IMG/VR virus record: IMGVR_UViG_3300013383_000020
Location: 32,001 to 96,000 of that record
Reading direction: 5' to 3' (one strand)
DNA: 64,000 bases
DNA from: a virus
Taxonomy: Duplodnaviria > Caudoviricetes
In this document: piece after piece, positions 19,643 to 29,963 of the stretch
How positions within the stretch are numbered: the stretch's first letter is position 1
Layout: each line of letters begins with the position of its first letter
Translations under genes and position numbers: made by a program
Notes under the pieces: model-generated
What the model saw: only the letters and a program-made list of their open reading frames with translations
What the model was told of the DNA's origin: nothing
Database searches by the model: none

Positions 19643-19896
19643 TGTATGTGAGTAAAGAAAAGGCGAAACAAATAATTGATGAAACTCCTGGTATGATATG
19701 GGTTGATTCTTTTAATGGAATAACTTTTATTCATACAAGACCAAGACAAATAACTGTTGATGAGGGAAAGAGAATAATTAATAAGGCAAGCACAGTTGAT
19801 TATTTCGATAATGATTTTTTTGGCTTGCTTTCATTAGAGGGAGTACAGGAATATATGATTCATAACATAAAGTTCCCTCACCATATGTCCGAATAA
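19642..19896 (+). CDS. hypothetical protein
   Basis: Translationally coupled to mazF-like gene. Confidence 0.65.
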   Translation: MYVSKEKAKQIIDETPGMIWVDSFNGITFIHTRPRQITVDEGKRIINKASTVDYFDNDFFGLLSLEGVQEYMIHNIKFPHHMSE

Positions 19897-19937
19897 TTGG
19901 ACATATCGTGAGGTATAATAAAAGAAACTAGCAAAAC

Positions 19938-19989
19938 AGAACGGGTGTTCGGTGTTTCTGTTGACAAATACAACCATATGTTCTATTAT
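19938..19989 (+). promoter_or_regulatory. SOS box plus sigmaA promoter
   Basis: AGAACGGGTGTTCG 19938-19951; TTGACA 19961 -17- TATTAT. Confidence 0.65.
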
Positions 19990-20208
19990 AATTATTGTCA
20001 GCAACAAAATAGAGCCAAGCGATTCAAACGCTGCGCCAACAGCTTTCTACTTGACTCTACTAAAACCAAACAATACAACGAATAATCGTTGTAAAGAAGC
20101 AGAAAATCCGCTTGGTACTATTTTACATAGATTTTCTTTAAAAGTCAAGTTTCTGAGCATTTCTGCTATTAAGTCCATTTTTGCAATTAAATATGGAGAA
20201 TAAAGTAT

Positions 20209-20280
20209 TGGGCATTTGCCAAGTGGTAAGGCGCTGAATTTTGATTTCAGTATTCGTAGGTTCGAATCCTACATGCTCAG
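20209..20280 (+). tRNA. tRNA-Gln(TTG)
   Basis: TGGGCAT/ATGCTCA acceptor, anticodon loop TTTTGAT, GGTTCGAATCC T-arm. Confidence 0.85.
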
Positions 20281-20548
20281 TTTGTTTTGGCAAAACTTCA
20301 TAAGGTGGAATCTTATGAATGAGCAATAAGGAGATGTAAAACAACTTTTATGAATATTCCCATCGCCTTATTTCATTGATAATTGCGCGCAAATCAATGA
20401 CAGAACATAATTTGTGATAGGTATCTTTAGCATAAGACTTAAAAGCGGAGTGTAACAGCACACAAATAAACAAAACAGGGAGTCGCGCCATCACATTTTT
20501 TACATTTTACATTTTACTTTTACGTCTTCGAGGCTTACTCGGAGACCC

Positions 20549-20622
20549 GGATCATTAGTTCAGTTGGTTAGAACGCTCGGCTCATAACCGAGAAGTCACA
20601 GGTTCGAGTCCTGTATGATCCA
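20549..20622 (+). tRNA. tRNA with CAT anticodon (Ile2-like or elongator Met)
   Basis: GGATCAT/ATGATCC acceptor, CTCGG-CTCATAA-CCGAG, GGTTCGAGTCC. Confidence 0.85.
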
Positions 20623-20653
20623 TTACAAAACAATAAGGAAGGAGATGTTTTTA

Positions 20654-21262
20654 TTGGCAGAGTATGTCATAACAGACGGAACTCGTTGGATTATGAGAGA
20701 TCGGAACAAGAAATATGTTCCAACTTCTTGTGAAGCATTAGCTGATAAGTTTTCAAATAAATCAGCAAATAGTGTTTACAACAATCAATTACCAAAGGCA
20801 TTGAAATCGGTCTTTCATATCGAGAAAGTAGATGACACACCAGATGGTATAAAGCAGATCACACAGAAGGGAGTGGAAGAGAATACAGAAAAAGTTATGA
20901 TTTCTGAGAATATTCAGAAATGGCTTAATAAAATTTCTGATCTGAATGGATTGGTAGCAGATGCCCTACATAGAAAGAGTGAGCTTACAAATCAGCTTAG
21001 TTCGGTGGACAAAGAGATATGCGATATCTTGCATTATATTGAGTTCTGCAATTTAAATGCAGCACAAGGATATAAAGCGTACAAAATGTTAAAGGAGAGG
21101 AGAATAAAAAGAAGAAGCATTAAAAATGAATTACAGGTTTTGGACATTATCTTAAGCAAAAAGATTTCCGAAACGGTGACAGATGAGATCCAAAAAGCTA
21201 TTGCTGGAATGGATCGACGTACATATGAACCACGAGTTTTGAATGAGTTATTCGATTTTTAA
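20654..21262 (+). CDS. hypothetical coiled-coil phage protein
   Basis: AGGAG SD; ...DILHYIEF..LNAAQGYK.YK...R..RR..KNE. Confidence 0.75.
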   Translation: MAEYVITDGTRWIMRDRNKKYVPTSCEALADKFSNKSANSVYNNQLPKALKSVFHIEKVDDTPDGIKQITQKGVEENTEKVMISENIQKWLNKISDLNGLVADALHRKSELTNQLSSVDKEICDILHYIEFCNLNAAQGYKAYKMLKERRIKRRSIKNELQVLDIILSKKISETVTDEIQKAIAGMDRRTYEPRVLNELFDF

Positions 21263-21278
21263 TGGAGGTATTTGAATT

Positions 21279-21455
21279 ATGGTGTTATGCAATAATTGTC
21301 GTATTGTTATGATTCCTATAATGTCATTTTCACAAGATGGAAATAAGAAATATTGTAGATGTCCTCGTTGTTATGCTGAGACAAAGAAGCAGCGTTTGGA
21401 TAAGAATGAATTATCTTTCGGAGAATATTTACATAAGGCAGTTAAACGCAAATAA
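21279..21455 (+). CDS. small zinc-ribbon protein
   Basis: GGAGG SD; MVLCNNC...CRCPRC. Confidence 0.6.
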   Translation: MVLCNNCRIVMIPIMSFSQDGNKKYCRCPRCYAETKKQRLDKNELSFGEYLHKAVKRK

Positions 21456-21476
21456 AAGATGAGGCAGGTGTATTGA

Positions 21477-23675
21477 ATGAAAAAAGAGATATTACGTGAA
21501 AAATTGCAAAATCTTTCATCTGAGCAATTAGGATTGATCAATACATATTGTGAAAACGATATGTCAAAGTTAAAAAAGATCAGTTATAACGCATTTTTTA
21601 GGTACGGCATTCCATCATATGAACATGATGAACTGTACGATGATGCGATGAACGTTTTGATGGAGAGTGTCGTGACATTTGATTCATCTCAAGGTGCAAA
21701 TTTTAATACCTATCTGACTAACAATATTAAAAAGTCAACTATAGATTGGTATAGGGACAATTATCAACGAGGTAAAAGAAGAAATTTATTAACTGATAAA
21801 AAGGGAAGAATATTAAAATTTGATGATGACGGAAATATAACAGATGAAAAAAATGGAAAACCAGTTATTATTCCAAATAGCTCATTTGATGCACCTGCTG
21901 ACGATGATAATAGTTTGGCTGACAAACTTGCGTCAGATTTTGACATTGAACACGAAAGTGAATTTGATTTTGAAATAGATCAAAAAGTGGAAGACTTTTT
22001 GAATACATTACCTAAAGTACAAAAAAATATTTTACTTTTATTAATGCAGCATGAAAGTAAAACAGATATTAAACGGCAGTTAGGTATCTCTGATAGAGAA
22101 TATAATAGTGCGATTAAGTCAATTAATATGAATAAAGGACTTTCCGCATTCTCAAAGAACAAAAATGATGGAAATTATGAAGTGGAGGTAAAGGATATGG
22201 CAGACAGAATTATTGAAATTGGTGAATCAGAAAACTACAGAATGGACAAGTATAGCATGTATGCATTATTACAGGATAAGAAAAACGGAGATATGAACTG
22301 TAATTACATTTTGCAGCGTGAACCTTTTCAGTGGAGCACAGAAGAGGCTAATAGATATTTTTGCCGTATTCTTAGTAATCTTCCAATTCCTGAGATTATC
22401 ATTTGTGAGCAGAAGAAGAAAGGATTGACAATTTCTCATTTGATTGATGGATTACAAAGACTTTCCTATGCTGAAGCTTTCAAAGAAAATCGTATCAAAA
22501 TTGGTTCAGCAGGAGCAGAAAGACATTTAATCCAGTATAGAGATTATGTTTTAGACGAAAATGGTAATCGTATATTGGATGAAGACGGACTTCCTGAATA
22601 TGAAATGAAAGTGTTCGATGTGATTGGAAAGTATTATAAGGATTTACCAGATGAACTGAAAAAGAGATTCAATAATTTTAATATTAATGTAACCAAGTTC
22701 TTTGATTGTACAGACGAACAGATTGCAGATCATATTCGTGATTATAATAATCACGCAAGTATGAATAAGGAACAGAGTGGCTTGCTTAATGTATCTGCTG
22801 ACATTGCCGTACAGATTAAGAAGATTTCACAGAAAAATTCTTTCTTCAAGAATTGTGGTAAGTTTACAGGTAATAATTCAATCAAGGGAAAATGTGAAAG
22901 AGTTGTTGTTGAATCACTTATGTTGTTGTTTTTCCGTGAATCATGGAGAGCAAACCTGGATTCAATTTATAAGTTTGTTAATGAGAATGCATCAGAACAG
23001 CAGTTTATGAAGCTTAATTCACAGTTCAACAGACTGGAATTAGCATTAGGCGATAATAATAAAAAATTATCAGAGGTATTATTTACTCCAACTACGATGC
23101 CAATGTGGATTACAGTGTTTGATAAATTTACTACATATAATATGGAAGATTCTCGTTTTGTTGACTTTTTAAATGCTTACAATACAGAACTCAAGGATAA
23201 AGATATCAATGGTGTATCAATGGCAGACTTTAAAGATCAGCAAACAAAGAAAAAGACAACTATTACAGGTAAGATTGATTTACTTGTACAACTTATGAAC
23301 GAATTTTTACATATCGAACAGACAACGGAGAATAAGGAAGTAGAAGATAGCACCACAGTAGCTTCTGAAAAGGATTTCGTACATAGTGTAATTGAGGCAG
23401 ATATCACAGACGAAGATATGGAGGATTATAAGGATTATATTGAAGATACAGTAAGAATGTCGTCACCATTATATCATCAGGCATATCCAGCTTTGTTAGC
23501 AATGGCTGCATATGTGTATAGCTGTGATAAAGATGATGAATTTAATCAGTTTATTGATGGATATGCTAATAATACATATGAGTTTACAACAGATCAGAAT
23601 GTTAATTACAATCAGATGAAACATGCCTTTCAGGAGTGGCTCGACAAAAATAAATCAAAGGAGGTAGCTGCATAA
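21477..23675 (+). CDS. sigma-70-like N-terminal domain fused to DUF262 (ParB-like) domain
   Basis: DELYDDA...ESV.TFD...ANFNTYL (sigma region 2) plus HTH; C-terminal LQR..FQW...PIPEI...LIDGLQRL (DUF262). Confidence 0.7.
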   Translation: MKKEILREKLQNLSSEQLGLINTYCENDMSKLKKISYNAFFRYGIPSYEHDELYDDAMNVLMESVVTFDSSQGANFNTYLTNNIKKSTIDWYRDNYQRGKRRNLLTDKKGRILKFDDDGNITDEKNGKPVIIPNSSFDAPADDDNSLADKLASDFDIEHESEFDFEIDQKVEDFLNTLPKVQKNILLLLMQHESKTDIKRQLGISDREYNSAIKSINMNKGLSAFSKNKNDGNYEVEVKDMADRIIEIGESENYRMDKYSMYALLQDKKNGDMNCNYILQREPFQWSTEEANRYFCRILSNLPIPEIIICEQKKKGLTISHLIDGLQRLSYAEAFKENRIKIGSAGAERHLIQYRDYVLDENGNRILDEDGLPEYEMKVFDVIGKYYKDLPDELKKRFNNFNINVTKFFDCTDEQIADHIRDYNNHASMNKEQSGLLNVSADIAVQIKKISQKNSFFKNCGKFTGNNSIKGKCERVVVESLMLLFFRESWRANLDSIYKFVNENASEQQFMKLNSQFNRLELALGDNNKKLSEVLFTPTTMPMWITVFDKFTTYNMEDSRFVDFLNAYNTELKDKDINGVSMADFKDQQTKKKTTITGKIDLLVQLMNEFLHIEQTTENKEVEDSTTVASEKDFVHSVIEADITDEDMEDYKDYIEDTVRMSSPLYHQAYPALLAMAAYVYSCDKDDEFNQFIDGYANNTYEFTTDQNVNYNQMKHAFQEWLDKNKSKEVAA

Positions 23676-24538
23676 TGCCGGATATCAGCATGTGCTTTGG
23701 CAAGGATTGTGACAGAAGGGAGCATTGTTATCGATACAAGGCGAAACCCAATCAGGTTCAAACATATAGTGATTTGGAACAGGATTGTAAGATGCACCAT
23801 TATCGTAACCAATGATTGAAGAAAATCGAGTCCATGTAGATAATATAAGTAATATGTTGGCGAGGTGTTGAACATAGATGACAAGATTAATTCCATATCA
23901 AGGTTATGTTGTTCCACAGGAATTCGTCATGACATGTAATAAGTGTTACGAACGTAATATATATCTAGTTCAAGATACAATTATGGATACAGAAACAAGC
24001 AAAAGATATATAAAATGTAACAATTGCAATTCTAAGATATATGTAAATTTACGAAGTATATGTATTTGTTAATAAAAATAACAGGAATTATATTTCGTGA
24101 AATTATCTATCTTCTATACATAGTCAGTTCTGACATTCTAATATCTTGTATCTTATAACTCGATATATAATTCCTGATTATATAGATAGCGTATAAATGA
24201 AAGGCGGTGAGAATATGGGTATTGGATGTAGACCAATTGGTAAGTTTAAAAGTGAGATGGTCAAGATCGAAAATCAGATTTCCAAGGAAAAGGCAGCACA
24301 TGTTGTAAAGAAGAACAATAAGAATAAGAAGGGAGAATAATATTTATGGAGAAGAAAACAGTTACATATCAGTTGCACACAAGAAAGTTGGATCGTGAGG
24401 TCGCACATAACAAGATGAAGAAGGCTGGTGTGATTCAGCTAAATAAGGACAAAGGAAAGGGTAGTTTCTTCGCTAATCATTGGCGTGAGTATGTGTAAGA
24501 ATTGTGATGAACTTATTGTATTGTAAGTTCATCTGTAA

Positions 24539-24610
24539 TGGGCTATCGCCAAGCGGTAAGGCACAGGACTTTGACTCCTGCATTCGTTGGTTCGAATCCA
24601 ACTAGCCCAG
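24539..24610 (+). tRNA. tRNA-Gln(TTG)
   Basis: TGGGCTA/TAGCCCA acceptor, CAGGA-CTTTGAC-TCCTG, GGTTCGAATCC. Confidence 0.95.
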
Positions 24611-24614
24611 TTAT

Positions 24615-24687
24615 GTGCCATTAGCTCAGTTGGTAGAGCACTCGACTTTTAATCGAGTTGTCACGAGTTCGAGTCTCGTATGGCACA
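24615..24687 (+). tRNA. tRNA-Lys(TTT)
   Basis: GTGCCAT/ATGGCAC acceptor, CTCGA-CTTTTAA-TCGAG, AGTTCGAGTCT. Confidence 0.95.
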
Positions 24688-24715
24688 TTAAAAAATTAAA
24701 AAGGAGTATAAAGCT

Positions 24716-25093
24716 ATGAGAACAATAGACAACAAATTTGAAATTGGAGAAGAATGTTATACCTATGCAAGAGAGAATTTAGCCATTATTTGTCCTGTAT
24801 GTAAAGGAACTAAGAAGATTCTCTACAACAGATACGAAATTCCATGCAAACAGTGTAATGTATCTGGAAAGATTATAGGTAAACAGACTGTAGTTGCACC
24901 ACATAAGGTTAAGATTAGAAGAATTATTGCTAGTATTTGGAACGATGTGACGACAATTAAATACAAAGTTGATTCTGTTGGAGAATATATCAATGTGAGA
25001 AACAGAGGAGAAACTTCTTTATTTAAGACATTAGAAGAGTGTGAACAAAAATGTAAAGAAATTAATCAGGGCGAGAGTAGTGCTGCATTTTAG
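24716..25093 (+). CDS. hypothetical protein with DnaJ-type CxxCxGxG zinc motif
   Basis: CPVCKGT...CKQCNVSG. Confidence 0.7.
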   Translation: MRTIDNKFEIGEECYTYARENLAIICPVCKGTKKILYNRYEIPCKQCNVSGKIIGKQTVVAPHKVKIRRIIASIWNDVTTIKYKVDSVGEYINVRNRGETSLFKTLEECEQKCKEINQGESSAAF

Positions 25094-25131
25094 TAGGAAA
25101 ATTCTCTTTCTTTAGATTGTGAGGTGAAAAT

Positions 25132-25407
25132 ATGACACAAGAAGAATTAGTAAATAGATTGAGAAAAGTTGGTATAAACGGACAATGGGTTAATCCAGAC
25201 AAATATGGTTTCAGTAGAACTTATGAGTTTGTAATAAATGAGCAAATCATTCAAATTGAATGGTACACTAATTATTCTACTATTATGATTGGCAATGCAC
25301 ATTTTTGGTTCGATAGTATAGTATTACATAGTGGTTATCCTATGCAGGGAGAATGGATTGAATTTTCTTTTAGAGGGGAACATCCATTACATATAAAAGT
25401 TAAGTAA
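25132..25407 (+). CDS. hypothetical protein
   Basis: GAGGTG SD; bounded by repeat sites at 25092 and 25406. Confidence 0.7.
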   Translation: MTQEELVNRLRKVGINGQWVNPDKYGFSRTYEFVINEQIIQIEWYTNYSTIMIGNAHFWFDSIVLHSGYPMQGEWIEFSFRGEHPLHIKVK

Positions 25408-25448
25408 CAAGAATGTTCGATTTCTTGGGAAAATGAAAGGAGAAAATT

Positions 25449-26216
25449 ATGAGACACGCAAACGATGCGGAAGTAATGAAAATTGATGACAAGTTGGTTG
25501 GGTTCGATTTAGGTGCAGATTACTGTGCAGAACACGAATGGGGAATTAATGGTATCATAAGAGAATTCCAAGTGAACACAGATAAAATTGGAATTGAAAA
25601 AAGAATGGTTACAGTTGTCCCTAAGTTATTGATATATAAGGATATTACATACAGAAAGATGAAATGTCATCTACTTGCTTTAGTACCATGTTGGTATTTT
25701 GATGAAGATATTAAAATTACGAAAGATAACTTAGATAGTTGGGAGCTTTATGATTATTATCTCGAAAAAAATGGAATTACAACTGCGTGGGATGAAAAAA
25801 GTTTTGCCATTCTTGTAACTGACAAATACGAAAATGAATTAAAAGAATTGTATAATGCATTCTTAAATCTCGATGTTGCTGTTGGAATTGCACCATCAGA
25901 AGTATTCAAGAATGGTGGATTAAAATTCTATATCAAATCAAGACTTCCAAAAGAAACAATTGAAAAAATAAAAGCCGATGACTTAGACTATATTGCATTA
26001 CAGAAAGCAGCAGAGAAAACCAAAATTAAGAAAATTTTAGAGAAAGCTGGGAAGAAATATTTTGCACTATCTCCTCGTTGGAAAGACGAAAATAAAAAAG
26101 AAGTAATCTTTTGGCTAAATCCTTATTATCAGGCTATTGATAATTGTGGTTGGTTTACAGTTGATGATTTGAAAGACTGGGCAAAAGGCAAGGGTAAAAT
26201 ACCGATGAAAAAGTAG
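25449..26216 (+). CDS. hypothetical protein
   Basis: 255-aa ORF, AAGGAG SD. Confidence 0.8.
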   Translation: MRHANDAEVMKIDDKLVGFDLGADYCAEHEWGINGIIREFQVNTDKIGIEKRMVTVVPKLLIYKDITYRKMKCHLLALVPCWYFDEDIKITKDNLDSWELYDYYLEKNGITTAWDEKSFAILVTDKYENELKELYNAFLNLDVAVGIAPSEVFKNGGLKFYIKSRLPKETIEKIKADDLDYIALQKAAEKTKIKKILEKAGKKYFALSPRWKDENKKEVIFWLNPYYQAIDNCGWFTVDDLKDWAKGKGKIPMKK

Positions 26217-26287
26217 CAAGATTATGATATCACATTAAAGAAAGATGAGCTGCTGTTTTTGGACATGATAACGAATGGAGAATAACT

Positions 26288-26539
26288 ATGTATAAAACAG
26301 GAGATATTTACAGAATTATTCAAGATGCATTAGATGCAAATCAGATATATTGCGCAGATTCTAAACTTGGTGATGGATCTGAAGACACTTATGAGACAGA
26401 TACGGAATTTGTTTCTGGCAATGATGCTCATTTGATTGCAACCGTTCATCACCAACATTTTGATTATAACCGTCCTTGTCGAGAAAATGAATATATAGAA
26501 ACAACAAAATTTAGAATTAAAGTTGAAATGATAGAGTGA
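26288..26539 (+). CDS. hypothetical protein
   Basis: GGAG SD. Confidence 0.65.
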   Translation: MYKTGDIYRIIQDALDANQIYCADSKLGDGSEDTYETDTEFVSGNDAHLIATVHHQHFDYNRPCRENEYIETTKFRIKVEMIE

Positions 26540-26548
26540 GGTGAAACT

Positions 26549-27289
26549 ATGTACGAAAAATTAAGAGAATATATAGAAGAGTCAAACAATATTGTATTCT
26601 TCGGTGGAGCAGGTGTGTCAACTGAAAGTGGTATTCCTGATTTTCGTTCCAAGGATGGATTGTATAATCAGCACGATGTTCAGTTTGATAAATATAAGCC
26701 TGAATATCTTTTGAGTAGAGAATGTTTATACAATAACCCGAAAGTATTCTATGAGTTCTATCGTCAGAAGATGGATACAAGAAATATTGAACCAAATATT
26801 ACTCATAAGGTGCTTGCTAAAATGGAAGAAATGGGTAAGCTGAAGGCTATCGTCACACAAAATATTGATGGACTTCATCAGAAAGCTGGCAGTAAGAATG
26901 TGTTTGAAATTCACGGAACTACCCAGAGGAATTATTGTAGTAAATGCAAAATGGAATATCATTCAGATTTCTTATTTAACACTAAAGATGCAATTCCAAA
27001 GTGTAAATGTGGTGGACTGATTAGACCTGATGTGACTTTATATGGAGAAAATCTTCCTAATGATGCAGTGAATGGTGCTGTTGAAGCGATCAGTAATGCT
27101 GATATGTTGATTATTGGCGGTACTTCGTTACAGGTTTATCCAGCAGCGAATTATATTTCATATTTTAGTGGTAGGCATTTGGTTGTTATCAACAGAGAGA
27201 AAATTCAAGTGTTGATGAATGAAGATACGGATATGATGATTGTTGATTCGTTGGGTAATGTGTTTAGTGAAATTGATAAGTGGATGTGA
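26549..27289 (+). CDS. cobB: Sir2 family NAD-dependent protein deacylase
   Basis: GGAGVSTESGIPDFR, TQNIDGLHQKAGS, EIHGT, two CxxC-type motifs, GTSLQVYPAA. Confidence 0.92.
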   Translation: MYEKLREYIEESNNIVFFGGAGVSTESGIPDFRSKDGLYNQHDVQFDKYKPEYLLSRECLYNNPKVFYEFYRQKMDTRNIEPNITHKVLAKMEEMGKLKAIVTQNIDGLHQKAGSKNVFEIHGTTQRNYCSKCKMEYHSDFLFNTKDAIPKCKCGGLIRPDVTLYGENLPNDAVNGAVEAISNADMLIIGGTSLQVYPAANYISYFSGRHLVVINREKIQVLMNEDTDMMIVDSLGNVFSEIDKWM

Positions 27290-27651
27290 GGTGAAAAAGT
27301 GAAAATATTTTTAGCAATTTTGATCCTAATTTCAGCATTGAATATAAATCTGACTTTAGAAAAGTTAAATGGTACAAAAAAGAGATATGATTTGCATTGT
27401 ATCGTGTCATTATTAGCATTTATTTTGTTTTTAATTTTCTTTTAAGTAGAGAATAATCTAATATAGAAGTATTTCTATTCAAGGCTGATCAGCCAAATTT
27501 TCCAAAAAAGTAACAAGAAATATTTTTTTCATTCGATTAGGCAGACGTGTTTATTTTCGAGTGATTTTATAACAAAAATTATTAAAATGAAAGGATTAAA
27601 CAGTAACTCCTAGGTAAAAATGATTGCGCAATCTCTGTAGATTAAAGGATT

Positions 27652-28752
27652 TTGACAGAGAATAAAGAAAAAAATAATTATTGTGAGCTTAATGGAAGAC
27701 CATTACGTTTACTAATAGGTGGTTCACCTTGTACATATTGGTCGATTGCTCAGAAGAACAATAGAGAAACAGAAGCAGAAGGGTTAGGATGGGAGCTATT
27801 TAAAAACTATTTAATAGCAAAGGATAAATTCAAACCTGATTTATTTCTATATGAGAATAATAAATCAGCTTCATCGGCTATAAAAGAACAGATTGTACAT
27901 GAGCTTGGATATCCATTACAAATTATTGACAGTGCATTAGTATCAGCTCAAAAGAGATTAAGATTCTATGTAAAGAACTGGACGTGTCCATTGCCAGAAG
28001 ATAGAGAAATTTTATTGAAAGATATTCTTGAATTATCGGAAAGTGTAGTTGAAAGAGAAAAGGCTTATTGTTTATGTACAGATCACGTTGGAACAACGAG
28101 AGATTATTTTAAGAAACATCAGAGTCAGATTGTATTTGAACCAGTAAGAATCGGAGATATTGGAAGTAATTCACAAGCTCATAGAGTTTATAGTTGTTAT
28201 GGGAAGTCTGTTAATTTAGTTGCTAATGGCGGTGGTCAAGGTGCAAAAACTGGCTTATATTTTGTACCACTTCCAGAAGAATTAGAGAAATTAGTGTGTG
28301 ATAAGGGGAAAATTTATAAGGTTACAAATAAAACTATCCCTACAAAATTTGGTGAATTCCAAGTAAATTTACCAGATGGATTATACATAATTAGAAAACT
28401 CACTGTGACAGAAGCAGCAAGATTACAAACTATGCCAGATAATTATATGAAGTCTGTATCTGCACAACAAGGATATAAAGGGCTTGGGAATGGTTGGACA
28501 GCAGAAGTAATTATTCATCAGTTAAAATATGGACTCAAAGATATCCCTAAAGATTATCCAATTGAAGTTTTATCTATGTACGATGGAATTGGAACTGGAA
28601 GATATTGTTTGGATAAAATGGGATTTACAAATATTACATATAAAGCATATGAGATTGATAAGTATGCTATGACAGTTGCCAATGATAATTATCCAGATAT
28701 TATTCAGTGTGGTGACGCATTCCAAGTCAGAAACGATGATTGGGAATATTAA
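27652..28752 (+). CDS. circularly permuted C5-cytosine DNA methyltransferase
   Basis: Motif order IV (GGSPC), VI (YENN), VIII (QKRLR), TRD, IX (RLQT), X (GNGW), then I (SMYDGIG), II (YEID), III. Confidence 0.85.
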   Translation: MTENKEKNNYCELNGRPLRLLIGGSPCTYWSIAQKNNRETEAEGLGWELFKNYLIAKDKFKPDLFLYENNKSASSAIKEQIVHELGYPLQIIDSALVSAQKRLRFYVKNWTCPLPEDREILLKDILELSESVVEREKAYCLCTDHVGTTRDYFKKHQSQIVFEPVRIGDIGSNSQAHRVYSCYGKSVNLVANGGGQGAKTGLYFVPLPEELEKLVCDKGKIYKVTNKTIPTKFGEFQVNLPDGLYIIRKLTVTEAARLQTMPDNYMKSVSAQQGYKGLGNGWTAEVIIHQLKYGLKDIPKDYPIEVLSMYDGIGTGRYCLDKMGFTNITYKAYEIDKYAMTVANDNYPDIIQCGDAFQVRNDDWEY

Positions 28753-28796
28753 ACAGAGAATAATACAATAGGCAATTAAAAATAAAGCGACATATA

Positions 28797-28838
28797 CAAT
28801 ATATAGTATCTGATAATTACAACAAATACTATATATTG
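28797..28838. promoter_or_regulatory. tandem NrdR-box-like pair
   Basis: CAATATATAG 28797 and CTATATATTG 28829, 32 bp apart. Confidence 0.6.
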
Positions 28839-28892
28839 TATAAAAATCAAGTCCGAAGGAAAGCGGAATTTCTTGTGGCGAAAGGAGAGAAT

Positions 28893-29615
28893 ATGTATCC
28901 AGAATACGATGATTTTTATGAGCCAAGTGAAGGCGAAATGTTTTTTGATGAAATGAAAGAAAAGTTCAGAGAGATTTTACGTGAAGATGTAAACTCTGAA
29001 ATCAGCAAATTAACAAAAGAAAATGCAGAATTAAGACAGAAAGTTAAAGAGTACAATGATAAAAATTGGGATCTGTCTCGTAGAGAAAGAGATTTACAGT
29101 ATAAGATGGACAATTACAAACGAGAAGTAGAGAACGATTTTTACAATAAAACAATGGAAGAAGTTTTTGAGAATCTTTTAGAGGATTCAGAAGTTTGGTA
29201 CGCAGAACATGTTCCTCATGAGAAACCAAAATGTAATTTATGTAATGAAGAAAGAAAACTTGTTGCAGTATATCCAGATGGTGAAACTGTAACCAAAGAG
29301 TGCAAATGTTCTCGTCCAACATATATTTACGAGCCAGTAATTTCATTGAATAAAGAGGTTAACTTCCATAAGACGTATAAGCCAAGATACAGTGATAAAA
29401 AGAAAGTCTATTTTACTAAAAATCACAAGCCAAACAAGGATTATGCAGATGCATATGATTATTATAGTGAATTCAGAATAGAAAATATCTTTGATGATTT
29501 TAATGATGATGTAATCGCATATCACAATGATAAAAGATATGGAGAAAAAATTGCATTTAGGAATAAAGAAGCTTGTCAGAAATATTGTGATTGGCTTAAT
29601 AAGGAGAATAAGTAA
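28893..29615 (+). CDS. hypothetical coiled-coil/zinc protein
   Basis: AAGGAG SD before ATG 28893. Confidence 0.75.
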   Translation: MYPEYDDFYEPSEGEMFFDEMKEKFREILREDVNSEISKLTKENAELRQKVKEYNDKNWDLSRRERDLQYKMDNYKREVENDFYNKTMEEVFENLLEDSEVWYAEHVPHEKPKCNLCNEERKLVAVYPDGETVTKECKCSRPTYIYEPVISLNKEVNFHKTYKPRYSDKKKVYFTKNHKPNKDYADAYDYYSEFRIENIFDDFNDDVIAYHNDKRYGEKIAFRNKEACQKYCDWLNKENK

Positions 29616-29963
29616 ATGACAATAGGCGTAAAAATTTGCGAAGCAAAGGATACAGTTAAGAAATATGAAGACCTTGGATATAGATTTGTTGGTGAAGAAA
29701 ATATAGGTGAAGGATATCTAAAACTTATATTCAGAGATCCAGTTGTTTCAGAAGAAAATTTGATTAAAATACCGAATGTTCCATCTACTGTTACAGGTAC
29801 AATTCCAAGAGTGTTTCTTTTTAAAACTGATTTATCATTTGATGATGCTGAAAATATAAGTGACTGGATTTATAAAAACATTAAGAAGGGTGTGCTTGTT
29901 ATCCCAGAATGTGTTGAATTCATAGGTGTAGAAGATTTGTTTAAGACAGAAAGGGTGAAATAA
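29616..29963 (+). CDS. hypothetical protein
   Basis: ORF with SD. Confidence 0.7.
   Translation: MTIGVKICEAKDTVKKYEDLGYRFVGEENIGEGYLKLIFRDPVVSEENLIKIPNVPSTVTGTIPRVFLFKTDLSFDDAENISDWIYKNIKKGVLVIPECVEFIGVEDLFKTERVK

Noticed and set aside
20285-20548. Additional tRNA or ribozyme between the first two tRNAs
   Set aside because: Several hairpins are present, but no cloverleaf, T-loop or recognisable catalytic core could be assigned by eye.
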